Shown here: positions 13,151-26,184 of the stretch, in pieces
Layout: every line of letters starts with the position of its first letter
Position numbering within the stretch: the first letter of the stretch is position 1
DNA from: Octopus vulgaris
Taxonomy: Eukaryota
Assembly: GCA_951406725.2 (NCBI GenBank)
Contig: OX597834.1
Location: forward strand, 37,448,001-37,512,000
Reading direction: 5' to 3'
Length of the DNA: 64,000 nucleotides
The notes under the pieces: model-generated
The model's database searches: none
What the model was told of the DNA's origin: nothing
What the model saw: only the letters and a program-made list of their open reading frames with translations
Position numbers and translations under genes: made by a program

Positions 13151-14143
13151 TGTATATATATATATATATATATACATATATATGTGTCTGTGTATATATA
13201 TGCATAACAGAGAGGGAAAGAGAGATGGATTGAAAAAGGAATATGTCTCTTCATGTGTGTAACTTTGCATGTGTATACACACACACATATATCTACGTGT
13301 GTGTGCGTAATATAAGCGTGTGTGTGTGTGATCTCTGCATGCATGTGTAATTTTGTATGTACATATCTGTGTGTGTGGGTGTGCAATTTTGTTCGTAAAC
13401 ATATGCATGTATGCATATGTGTGTGTGTATGTGAGTAGAGGTGTGTTTATATATTAGTGCAAATTCTATATGTACATGTGTTTGTGTGTGTGTGAGTATG
13501 TGTTTATATGTGTGCATATGTGTGTGTGTGCGTATGTGTGTGTGTGTGTGTGCAAGTGTATTTGTATCCACTGCACTGTTATAACTAAATGTTGATTCAT
13601 ATCGAGCGCAAAGTGAGAAGAGAGGAACAACACACCTTCACACCTTCACTTTAGCACCAAACACCTCCCCCCACCCCTCCCTCACCCGCATCCTCATCCC
13701 CCACTTCCCTGACCTCGCTCTCACCATCTACACACCACCGCCACACACATGCCTCGTTGACCCACTCACACTCCACACGTTCATTATCATTCATCTAGAA
13801 GCATTCGCGAAACATTCTTTCAATTACGCGTGATTTAACAACAGCAGTCTTCTCGCATGTGTTACAACACACACAAGCATATATATACTTATATATATAT
13901 ATATAAATACAAGTATGTATACACACATACATACATGCACGTTCTTTTATTCTGTTATTCTTTTACTTGTATCAGTCATATGACTGCGGCCATGCTGGAA
14001 TGCCACCTTTAATCAAACAAATCGACCCCAGGACTTATTGGTCTTTTTTGTCGAACTGCTAAGTTATGGGGGGTGTAAACACACCAACATCAATTGTCAA
14101 GCGATGGAGGGGAGACAAACACAAGTAACAACCACACACATAC

Positions 14144-14175
<32 letters not shown>

Positions 14176-14228
14176 CCATGGAATAAGTATAAAAATTAAT
14201 CTTTTCAATTTAACTGAAAAAATTCCAT

Positions 14229-14318
14229 GTGCAGCTGAAGAGTGCTCTACATTTTAAAACTGATGTAATACTTGCATTGTTTAATTAAATGAAGTAGCAT
14301 GAAACGAGTGTACTGCAC
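14229..14318 (+). ncRNA. Type I hammerhead ribozyme-like motif in a short repeat of about 275 bp (14176-14452)
   Basis: Stem I GTGCAG/CTGCAC, core CTGAAGA (14235-41), stem II GTGCT/AGCAT, GAAA (14301-04), short stem III AC-gagt-GT, cleavage triplet GTA (14310-12). A partial second copy lies on the minus strand at about 19425-19600. Confidence 0.75.
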
Positions 14319-14632
14319 TACCTTTGGATATCCTTGTTGCTTATTTTGATTATAATCACCCCATTTGATTTATATGGATAATACCATACCAAATTCTGGT
14401 GCCTTTAACTTAAGTACCATATTCAACTGAATCTAAATTTTTACTGAACTGATATATATATATATATATCTATCTATATATATATTTAAAATTATAACTT
14501 AGGGTATCTACGAGATACCACCATGCTGAAAATAGCAGCCAGTATCTGACTCTAAAACCAACTTAAGTGTTCATACAGCACAAAGAGAGAAGACAAAAAG
14601 ATAAAATAAAACTAGAAAAAAATTTCTGGATA

Positions 14633-14691
14633 ATTCCAGATCCCAGATTTCTGACTTTGCATTTAGAAATGCTTTGCCTCATCAGTGGAAT
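14633..14691 (-). ncRNA. Type I hammerhead ribozyme-like motif
   Basis: Minus strand reads ATTCCA CTGATGA GGC aaa gcatttctaaatgc aaa GTC a GAAA TC tgg GA TC TGGAAT: 6-bp stem I, canonical core, 3-bp stem III, AUC triplet. There is one extra A before GAAA. Confidence 0.65.
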
Positions 14692-15602
14692 ATACACAGA
14701 GAGAAACATAGATATCCTAAGTTACAACTCTAATAATAATTATTACCTTTGAAGGTTTTTATTTCCATGCTGGCCACTTGATAAGATCGTTATTTAATTT
14801 AAATTAACGATTTTATCCTTATTTATATATACATGATATAAATAATATATATATGCATATATACATACGTATACGTACATACTTACATGTATACGTATAT
14901 ACATATATACATGTATGTATGCATGAGTGTGCATCTTTGCATTTGTGCAGTTTATCCCCATCCAAATGCTTGAAAACCAATGTTGGTTTGTTTACATTCC
15001 CTTAGCACAGCAGTTCAACAATAGAGACTGATAGAATAAATATCCAACTAAAACCATAAGTACCAGAGTCGATATGCTTGAATAAACCTTTCATGGTGGT
15101 TGCTCCAGCATGGCCACACTGTCTAATGACTGAAACCAGTAAAAGCAGGAAGAAATAAAGAAGAGGTGAGCGGGAGGCTAGCATCCCCCATCCTATAACA
15201 TAACTGAGATGCTGACCAAAGAGAGACCGATGCTTGGTAGAGCTTGGAAGAGATACGGAGGAGGTTATATACGTATATACATATGAGTGTATGTATGTAT
15301 GTGTATGTGTGTATGAGAGGAGGAGAGGGAGAGAGGCTGCGTGTGTGTGTGTGTGTGTGTATGTGTGTTGTGTGTGTTGAAAGATGTAGTGTGTTGGAAA
15401 CCATTGCGTGAGAATGTGTGTAATGTCTTGGATATGAGAATATAGATGTTATAGTTATTGATTGAAATTAGTGATGTAGAACCATATTATTGATTTTTAG
15501 TAATAATTCAGCTCACAGACACAGACACACACACATGCTTTATTTATGTGCGTGTGTGTGTGTGTGTGTGTGTGCATATTTGTGTAAATATCTGATATAA
15601 AA

Positions 15603-15641
<39 letters not shown>

Positions 15642-16542
15642 TACACGCATAAGTATTCATATATATGTATATATACATGTGTATGTATATATATATATAT
15701 ATATATATATGCATATATTTATATATGTATATATTTATATATGTATACATTTATATATATTTATATATGTATACATATATATATATTTATGTGTGTATAC
15801 ATATATATATATTTATATATGTATACATATATATATATTTATATATGTATGCATAAATATATATTTATGTATGTATACATATATATGTTTATGTATGTAT
15901 ACATATATATATATTTATATATGTATACATATAAATATATATTTATATATGTATAAATATATATATTTATATATTTATGCATATATATATATATTTATAT
16001 ATTCATGCATATATATATATATGTATATGTATACATACATATCTATCTATCTATTTATATATATATATTTTTTTTCACACACATATAAGTATAGTTATAT
16101 GGTTAACAAGTTCAGTTCCAAATGATGTGGTTTTTACATGGAACAGCTCAGGACAGCATCATGTGCTCCAGCTCCAACTGATCCCAAGTTTTACGAGTAA
16201 ATATTCTCAAAGGAAACTAAAGGAAGCCTGTTTTTTATGCCAACATGTATATGTATATCCTTCTATCTTTCTCCCTTCTTGTCTTGACATCACATGAGAG
16301 TTGCCAACAAGCATCCCCTCAATTCAAGCATTGTGAATTCATTGCCAATTTTCTATAAAAACTTGTCTATTATTCTGGGAATACATCCTTTTTTTGGAAA
16401 CTGGCAGTAAGGGTGCCATGTTGTTGAAAACCTGTCTAAATGAATTCTGTCTGACTCAGGTAAAAATGGAAAGGTGGATGATAAAACAATGATATATATA
16501 TATATATATATAGGTGTAGGAATGGCTGCGGTGAATAAATAC

Positions 16543-16694
16543 GGGCATAGCTGTGTGGTAAGAAGCATACTTCCCAACTATATGGTTCCAAGTTCAGTCC
16601 TACTACATGGCACCTTGAGCAAGTGTCTTCTATTATAGCGTTGGGCCTCCTAAAGTCTCATGAATGGATTTGGTAGACAGAAACTGAGAGAAGC

Positions 16695-16736
<42 letters not shown>

Positions 16737-17300
16737 GTTTAACATCCGTTTTCCATGCTAGCATGTGTTGGACGGTTCGACCGGGGTCTCAGAAGCCAGA
16801 AGGCTGCACCAGGCTCCAGTCTGATCTGTCAGTGTTTCTACAGCTGGATGCCCTTCCTAATGCTTGTTCCCCACCACCACTTGACAACTGGGGTTGGTGT
16901 GTTTACATCCCCATAACTTACCGCTTCTGTGCAAGAGACTAATAGAAAGAAGAACCAGGTGAGCTGGCAGAATCGTTAGCACACCGGGCGAAATGCTTAG
17001 CGGTATTTCGTCTGCCATTACATTCTGAGTTCAAATTCCGCCGAGGTTGACTTTGCATTTCATCCTTTCAGGGTCGATAAATTAAGTACCAGTTATGCAC
17101 TGGTTTCGATATAATCGACTTAATCCCTTCGTCTGTCTTTATTTGTCCCCTCTGTGTTTAGCCCCTTGTGGGCAATAAAGAAATAAGAATAAGAACCAGG
17201 CTTTAAAAATATAAGTACCAGGGTCAAATCATTCAACTAAAATTTCTGAAGGCAGTGCCCCAGCATGGTCGCAATTTAATGACTGAAACCTTGTAAAAGA
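16543..17300 (+). mobile_element. Nested SINE cluster: family B interrupted by a family C tail (-, 16697-16862) and a full family A copy (+, 16958-17190)
   Basis: B head and B tail are separated by the inserts. The A copy is flanked by the repeat aagaaccagg, consistent with a TSD. Confidence 0.8.
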
Positions 17301-17958
17301 TAGAAGTTACATTATAAGCGATCACGTCTAAAAGTGTGAAAATATCAAACTGTTTCACAATACGTATGTGAATTTGTGTATGTGTCTGTATGTGTCTGTA
17401 TGTGCATGTGTATGAGTATTTGTGTATGTGTGTGTGTGTGTGAGCATAAGTAGTTGTGAATAGATGTGTGAGTATGTATGGGTGTGAGTAAATGCATACT
17501 TCTTGAGTGCACTCATTTATGTGTGTGTGTATGTGTGTGTGTGTGTGTGTGTGTATCTTTGATATCGCTACGCAAGTAAAATAATTTTAGGTTTTGGAGT
17601 GGCATTATTTAGTTCAAACAGTATGAAACATTTTACATGCGCATATCTATATATATATATATATAGGTATGTATATATGTATGTATGTATGTTTTATGTA
17701 TGTGTGTATGTATGTATGTACATGCATACACTTAGATACACATACTCAAATATATATGTACTTACATACATATGCATACATATATAAGTGCATGTATATA
17801 TATATATACATACATATATATATATATATATATGTATGCATATATATATATATACACGCTCACAATGAACAAGTGATTGGCTCATTGAACTCTCTTCCAG
17901 CATAAATTTCCAATGAGGCTATTGTTCACAAAGGCAGGCAATAACACATTTCATATAC

Positions 17959-18033
<75 letters not shown>

Positions 18034-18249
18034 CACACACACACATACACATATCTTTTTTATGTATGTATGCACGTGTGTGTTATATATTCATATGTGG
18101 CTGTATGCTCACATATACATAGATATATACTATTTGTGTACAGTTTTCAGAATGTGTATTTACACATATATACATACACTCTTACATAAATGCACACACA
18201 CACATATATTTATCATCATATTTACATACATGAATATATACATACATAT

Positions 18250-18286
<37 letters not shown>

Positions 18287-19035
18287 CATATTCACATGCA
18301 TTCTCACACACATACACACACAGAGATATAATATAGGAAAAAAGGGAGAGAGAATGGAGAGAAGAGGAACAATAGGGAGGTAAAGGAGAGAGGGAAGAGC
18401 CAGAGATAGATAGGGGGCAGATGAGGGAGAGAGGTGGATGGAGGAAGAGAAGGGTGTGGTAGGAAAAGAACTGAGAGGGACGGTGTGTGTGTGTGTGTGT
18501 GTGTGGTGGGGAAACTTGGAATCAAAATGATGTTTGTATTTGTGATTGATGTGATTGAGTTGATTAATGATACTTGATTGTTTTTGTGTTTCGCTTAAAC
18601 ACTGATGCCTCATTCATATTTCTTCTAAGTCTGCCATAAATTCTAGATATTCTGTGAGAATAATGGAAAATAAGGAATAACCACGATACAATGGAACTGT
18701 CATAAATGTGGGTTCTTCAGGCCAAAGAATGTTGAACGCAGCTTTCGCATTCAATGTCACTTGGCTTCCTGAATAATCCAACTGCAACATCTTCAGCGTT
18801 TGATGTTCAAAGATAAAATTTTCGTGACTTATGATATGTATCGTATCCTATTTCTCTCAGGGCTTTATTCTAAGTGCATGCATGGCTGTGTGGTAAGAAG
18901 CATGCCTCTCAACCATATGGTTCCAGGTTCAATCCCACTGTATGGCACCTTTGGCAAGCATCTTCTATAGTAGCCTCAGACCAACCAAAGCCTTGTCAGT
19001 GGATTTGGTGGAGAGAATCTGAAAGAAGCCAGTTA

Positions 19036-19076
<41 letters not shown>

Positions 19077-19345
19077 TGTTGTGTCTGGGGAGAGTCATTT
19101 TTTTTTGTGCCTTATAATATAACACAAACTCACCGGTAAAATTTCTGCTGTTTTCTTATTTTTATTTTCCTAAAATTTTCGTTGCATCTTGCAACCTTTT
19201 CAATAGAGAGTCAAAACTATTGAAAAGTTTGCAAGACGCAATAAAAATTTTAGGAAAATAAAAATAAGAAAAAAGTGGAAATTTTACTTGTAAGTGTGTT
19301 ATATTATAAGGCACAAAAAGAAAATGACTCTCCCCAGACACAACA
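19077..19345. repeat. 269-bp foldback (about 130-bp inverted arms, 10-bp spacer), Penelope pseudo-LTR-like
   Basis: tgttgtgtctggggagagtcatttt...caatag (19077-19206) is the near reverse complement of ctattg...aaaatgactctccccagacacaaca (19217-19345). It sits in the (TA)n tract of a family B SINE. The Penelope assignment is inference. Confidence 0.9.
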
Positions 19346-19424
19346 TAATATGCTTCAACACACGAACTCATATAAAGAATCTTGCAAACCAAATCCAAAA
19401 ATGAAATATATATAAGTATATATA

Positions 19425-19600
19425 AGCAAAATAATTGAGGTTCAGATGAATTAGGTACTTATGTTGAGGCACCAAAAATTAGTGTGGAATTATGTGTACG
19501 GTTTCAAAAAATGTGATCAAAATCAAAATAAGCAACAGGATATCCAGAGGTGATGCAGTACGACCGTTTCAAGTGACTGCATTTAATTGAACAATGCAAT
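19425..19600 (-). mobile_element. 5'-truncated second copy of the hammerhead-bearing repeat at 14176-14452
   Basis: Reverse complement ttgcattgttcaattaaatgcagtcacttGAAACggtcGTActgcatcacctctggatatcctgttgcttattttgatt aligns with 14272-14350. Confidence 0.8.
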
Positions 19601-20511
19601 CATTGGTGTGTTTATGTCCCCGTAAAGTAGCAGTTTGGCAAAAAGGGACCGATAGAATAAGTACTAGGCTTATAAAGAATAAATCCTGGCGTCGATTTGT
19701 TCAAGTAAAGGCATTGTTCCAGCATGGCTGCAGTCAAATGACTGAAACAAGTAAAAGACTAAAAGAATATATATGAATATATATATATATATATATATTC
19801 ATATATATATATATTCATATACACTCCCTATATATATATATATATATATATTAGAAGAAATGAGGTACCCAGAAAATAGGATGGTTTATATTTACAGATA
19901 TTTATTTGTATATTACATTTTTTATATATCATATAACTTCGATCATGTATTAGCGCTTTCTCCCATTCTAGTGGGGTTTTCAAATCAAACTAAGTTCCTG
20001 TGTGAAAAGTTTTGACCATTTTATAGTGGTATTGAGATTGTAGTGGTGGGGAGGAATATAAGACAGTACAAGAGGGTGATGGATGAGGATATATATGCAC
20101 ACATGTGTGTGTGTATGGCTACTACATTGCTTCACAAGTTCCTACTATCAATAACATTATATCACTGCCACCTACCGTTACAACCACTGCTGCTGTTGCT
20201 GCTACGACGTTGGTACTTATCACTAGTGTTTAATATTTAATACTTCTGGTATGATGTATGTTTTATTTTGATTAAAATCTAATGACATTTATGCGTTGTG
20301 TGCGAGTATGGAATTCAAGCTGGTTGTTAACAAACTGACAGACCTTTTGAAATAAGAGAGTTCCTGTGGCTCGTAAGTATGTGCTTCAGTTGGTGAGTAA
20401 TCATATATACATATATACATACATACTTTTATATATATATATACATACATACTTTTATATATATATATATATACATACATACTTTTATATATATATATAT
20501 ATACATACATA

Positions 20512-20547
<36 letters not shown>

Positions 20548-20648
20548 TGCATGTATTATGTATGTATGAGTGTAGATATACCGCTGATGTACCATATATT
20601 CAAATAAGGCCACTTTAAAGTATAGAGCAGTAAAGTATTAAATCACTA

Positions 20649-20811
20649 AAGTTAAAGTCTGGCCATAAAGTGACCAACGGTTTCACATCCTTGAAAGCCA
20701 CAGCTTTGGGGACAGCTCATCAGAATATAGGAATCTGAGAAGCTGTCCACAGAGCTGTGGCCTTTGTAGATGTGAAAAACTATTGGTCACTCTACGACGA
20801 GACTTTAATTT
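20649..20811. mobile_element. Palindromic MITE-like hairpin, about 165 bp
   Basis: Nested complementary blocks ttaaagtct/agactttaa, agtgaccaa/ttggtcact, ttcacatc/gatgtgaa, and 28-bp inner arms (24/28 matching) around a 9-nt loop. Confidence 0.75.
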
Positions 20812-20920
20812 CTCTGTCTTAATATACATAGGTGCAGGTGTGGCTGTGTGGTAAGGAGCTTGCTTACCAACCACATGGTTCCGGGTTCAGTCACCATGCT
20901 CTGGGTTCAGACACCATGGG

Positions 20921-21038
20921 TCTAACACAGGTGGATATGCTTACAAAAATTAAAAAAGAAAGCAACACAGCACCCATGACTTTTAGAAACATTTTTTCAT
21001 GATCAGAATTACTGAAGGCATTGAATAAACTACCCTGA
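20921..21038 (+). pseudogene. Decayed CR1/L2-type LINE ORF2 C-terminal fragment
   Basis: Frameshifted translation resembles NTRGHAYKIRKQHSTHDFRKHFF..R....WNKLP, the TRGH...FF..R...WN.LP signature of CR1-group ORF2 ends. Confidence 0.6.
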
Positions 21039-21943
21039 TCACGCAACATTGTTTTGATAGAGGGAGTGAACTAGTGTATGGCACATACATCAGATCACTG
21101 AAAACAAATCATTTGTGTAAGTCATTTGGCAAAGAAGTTGATCACTCATACATCATCTTTGACAGGGGAGTCCATCATATAAATCTTCACTGTCCTGTGA
21201 ATAGATTGAGTTTGGAGGTTGTTTGTCCGTTTATTTTGCTCTAAGAAAAAAAAGTATCAATCTTGTATCTTTTACTTTATTCAGTCATAAGACTACGCCC
21301 ATGCTGGGGCACTGCCTTGAAAAATTTGTAGTTGAATAAATCAACTCCAGCATTTAGATCTTTTCTTAAAGTCTGGTACTTAATCTATCATCCCCTTTGC
21401 TGAACCACTAAGTTACAGGGACGTAAACATTGACACACACACACACACATATATTATTGGATAGGTACTAAAATGAATGGTTTATACCTGGTAGCTTACT
21501 GGTAAAGCTTGGTCACTTCCACAGTGTTCATTGTGTGTCTGGTTAATGACAAATGGAAGATGGAAGATATGAGAGTTTTTATTAATCACTGCAATCATTT
21601 CAACCAGTTGTTAAGTATCCCACCAATGAGGGATCGATGCTAGATGTGTCAAAACAACACCATTCATTAACCATATATATATGGTTAACCATATATATAT
21701 ATATATATATACACATCCGTATATATATATGACGGTTTCCTTTCAGTTTCCATTTACCAAATCCACTTACAAGGCTTTGGTCAGCCTGAGGCTATAGTAG
21801 AAGACACTTGCCCAATGTGCCATGCAGTGAGACTGAACCCAGAACAATGTGGTTGGTAAGCAAGCGACTCACCATGAGTCTTTATATATGTATTTATATT
21901 CCTATATATATATATATGCTCACATACATATATATGTATGTGA

Positions 21944-21988
<45 letters not shown>

Positions 21989-22000
21989 TATATATATGTA

Positions 22001-22048
<48 letters not shown>

Positions 22049-22117
22049 AACACACATGAATACATAGTTACATACACAGATATCTGAACACATGTTTTAG
22101 TCAATCATGCATATGTG

Positions 22118-22161
<44 letters not shown>

Positions 22162-22565
22162 CATATTAATATTCATTATTTTTATTATTTTCATTATTAT
22201 TATTATTATTACTATTATTATTATTGTTGTTACTATTATTATTATTATTATCATCACTGTCTAAACAGAAATCAGAGAAAATAACAGAGACAGAGACCGA
22301 ATGAATGAAAGGAAGAGATGTGTAGGTGTGTGGAGAAGGTGCGTCGCAGGAATGACGATGGGCGGAGATGTAGGAGGAGGCAGAATTTGGATCAATATTG
22401 AAAAGGCAGACCAAGAAAGAAAGAAGGAAGAAAGGAAATGGGAAAAAGGTGGAGAAATCTGAATTGAAATGAATGACAAGGAACATGTTTTAACAAGTGG
22501 TTTCCGTATTCTTTGCCTCTTCGAAATTATTGTTATTCCTTTAATAATAATGACGAATAATTATA

Positions 22566-22598
<33 letters not shown>

Positions 22599-23497
22599 GT
22601 GGTGGTTTCAAATTTTGGTGTAAGGCCAGCAATTTGGAGGGAAAGAGCTAGATCAATACCAGTGATTAATTGGTATCTTATTTTACCGACCCTGAAAGGT
22701 TGAAAGGCAAATTTGCCCTCAGTGAGGTTTGAACTCAGAATGTAAAGATGGAAGAAATGCTACTAAACATCTTGTTCAGCACTGCAATGATTCTACAACA
22801 ACAACAACAATAATAATCCTTTCTACTGGAGGCACAAGGCCTCAGATTTCTGGGGAGGGGACTAGTCGATTACTTTGACCCCAGTATCTCACTGGTACTT
22901 AATAACTATTCATATTATTATTACTTTATGTTATTATTAGTAGTAAATTAAAATTCTAATTTTTTAAACTTTAGCTTATGGTATATATTTTATCATTTAA
23001 TTTAATACAATTATCATAGGTTACAATTTAATTCATGTTTCTGTGTCAGTTTCATCAACACCACCAATTTCACTATCATTTCTTTTCCATTTTGGTATCG
23101 GTTGGATAGGATTTTGAGAGGCTGTATTTTATAGCCAGATGCCCTCCCTAAACACAACCTCCTAACAAGAGAGAGAGAGAGAGAGAAGGGATAGAGGTAG
23201 AGAAAGACAGACAGAGAGGGAGGACAGGAGGGAGAGGGTTGCACCAACACCCAGCTGGTACTCATTAGAGTTGAGTAGATTGGAGCAATGCGAAAAGAAG
23301 TATCTTGTTTAAGGACGTAAAATGCTACCTGTTTCCGGAATCGAACCCATGGCAATATAAACCGTAAGCAGCCCAACCCTCTAACCATTAGGCCACATGC
23401 TTTTATCAAACAACTGGAATAGGCATCACTGAAAGTGAAGCAAGATCCATCACAGGGGTATGTGTGATCCAGTTTATGTGTGTTTGGTTTCGAATAC

Positions 23498-24345
23498 ATG
23501 CAGGCATGGCTGTGTGGTAAGAAGATTGCTTTAAGGTGGCAGCAATGTTAGCATGCCGGGCGAAATGCTTATCGGTATTTTGTCTGTCTTTACATTCTGA
23601 GTTCAAATTCCGCCGAGGTCGACTTTGCCTTTCATCCTTTCGGGGTCGATAAATTAAGTACCAGTTATGCACTGGGGTCGATGTAATTGACTTAATACCT
23701 ATGTCTGTCCTTGTTTGTCCCCTCTATGTTTAGCCCCTTGTGGGTAATAAAGAAATAGGTATTTTGTCGGCCATTACATTCTGAGTTCAAATTCTGCCGA
23801 GGTGGACTTTGCCTTTCATCCTTTCGGGGTCGATCAATTAAGTACCAGTTACACACTGGGGTCGATGTAATTGACTTAATCCCTTTGTCTGTCCTTGTTT
23901 GTCCCCTCTATGTTTAGCCCCTTGTGGGCAATAAAGAAATAAAAAGAAATAATAATGACATGAACTTTTAGAGTGAGGTGGGTCACTTGTGGGCAATAAA
24001 GTAATAAGAAGCTTGCTTCCCAACCACATTGGTTCAAGTTCAGTCCCACTGCATGGCACCTTGGGCAAGTTTCTTCTACTATAGCTTCAGGCCAACCAAA
24101 GCCTTGTGAGTGAATTTGATAGATAGAAACTGAGAGAAGCCCATTGTGTGTGTGTGTGTCTTTGTATTTGTCTGTCACCACCACTTGATAACCGGTGTTG
24201 GTGTGTTTACATCCCAGTAATTTAGCCCTTTGACAAAAGAGACTAATGGAATAGGTAACAGGCTTAAGACTAAAACAAACTGCTCGAGGTGGTGCTCCAG
24301 CATGGCTGCAGTCTAATGATGGAAACAAATAAATGATTAAAGATA
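23498..24345 (+). mobile_element. Dimeric family A SINE (23533-23987) inserted in the head of a family B SINE
   Basis: Target duplication taagaag(a/c)ttgctt at 23518-23531 and 24005-24018. A units start at 23574 and 23758 (184-bp period). Confidence 0.85.
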
Positions 24346-24484
24346 AACGACATATGTATGCTTAATCCTTTGGTGTTCAGATAATTCTGACAATTGTAAT
24401 CCTTCATTCACATGGTTTTGAATTAATCCTGAGATTTCAAAAATCTGACTGTTTATTTTAAAATGACACTGTAGGGTAGGTGAC

Positions 24485-24785
24485 CAGTGGCAGTCTGGTT
24501 CTAAAGATATTGGTTGCCAGGGGACTTAGGGGACCCACCCACAACTACAAAGGGGGCCCACCCGCAACTACAATGCTATCATTCATTTATTTATTTTTTG
24601 TTAAAAGTATTCAAACACAGCCAGGCTGAAATAATTAATGCATTCTTCCAGGAGTGAATAAAAAATTCCCAAACTTGAGAAGATGGGCCCCTCAGATACT
24701 AACATGGGCACCCATATATGGATTCTAATGGCACAGGGGCCCACTTGCCATTGGGCAAGCTGGCAACCTGGCCAGTCTGCCACTA
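24485..24785. mobile_element. hAT-like MITE
   Basis: Terminal inverted repeats cagtggcagtctgg / ccagtctgccacta with subterminal ggttgccag/ctggcaacc. TSD not preserved. Confidence 0.55.
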
Positions 24786-25071
24786 AGTGGCACATAGAAA
24801 GCACCAACTGATTGTGGTCGTTTCCAGCCTCCCCAGGCATGTAAAAAGCACCCACTACACTCACAGAGTGGTTGGCATTAGGAAGGGCATCCAGCTGTAG
24901 AAACACTGCCAGATCAGACTGGAGCTTGGTGCAGCCTCCTGGTTTCTCAGATGCTGGTCAGACCATCCAACCCATGCTAGCATGGAAAACGGACGTTAAA
25001 CGATGATGATGATGATGAATATAACTACTTTGAATGTTAATCCTTTGGCATTCAGTTTACTCTCTCTATTA

Positions 25072-25225
25072 CAGAACTTCTAAAACTATGAGTCACGAAA
25101 ATTAGATTCAAACATTTGAATTTCAGTTTATATATTATTTCACAAATGCATATTTAATACCAGGGGTTACGAAAAATCTCAATGAAAAATGGGGTCGTGA
25201 ATGAAAAAAGCTTAAAAAAACACTA
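25072..25225. mobile_element. Short hAT(Charlie)-like MITE inside a piggyBac-type unit
   Basis: Degenerate termini cagaacttctaaaac / gcttaaaaaaacacta, flanked by the 8-bp duplication ctctatta / ctctaata. Confidence 0.6.
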
Positions 25226-26184
25226 CTCTAATATAATGCCTAATTTTTTTTTTACATCGTTTTGAATTAATCATGCATTATCTTGTAGCTTTTACATTTT
25301 TTTGAAGCAATTGTTTATTTTTAAAATGGTGTTATAGTTTGAAATGAGAAGCCAGGTCTGAACACAGTTTAACGTAAAACAAGGAGAATACTTCAGCATA
25401 ATATGGCTGCCTAAAATGTTAACCCATTAGCATTCAGATTAGTTTATCAAATGTAATGCTTATTTATTCACATTGTTTTGAATTAAGCATGCATTATCTC
25501 AGAGCTTCAAGATTTCAATGATGCAATTGTTTATTTTTAGGATGACTTTGTGAGATTGTTGTGAGAGACCAGATTTGAACATTTTAACAAAAAAATGGGT
25601 TAAATTTTTGAACTTAACATGGCTGCATTAAATGTTAACCCTTAAGCATTCAGATGACTTGATCGATTTGTAATGTTTGGGGTAGGTGTGAGAGGCCTGA
25701 TCCTAGCAGTTTAATAAAAGATGGATAAAATATTTGAGCTGAACACAAAAGTGTTAAATGTTAACCCTTCAGTATTCAAACGATTTTGTCAACTGTAATG
25801 TTTGGGGTAGGTGTGAGAGGCCTAATATGGACAGTTTAACAAAAGATGGGTAAATTATTTGAGCTTAACTGCATTAAATGTTAACCCTTCAGTTTTCTTC
25901 CCATTATTCTGTCAAATGTATTACTTATTTATTCATAATGTTTTGAATTAATCATGCATTATCCCAGTTTTGAGATTTCGATGATGTGACTGTTTATTTT
26001 CAGAATGATATTGCAGAGTAAGTGTAAGAGGCCAAACCTGGACAGTTTAGCATAAAACTGATAGAATATTCAAGCCTAATACGGATGCTTTAAAGGTTAA
26101 CACTTAGCATTCAGATTATTGTATCAAATGATTGGGTAGGTGTGGGATAAGATCTGACCTTTTTGAACATAAAATCAAAATGCA

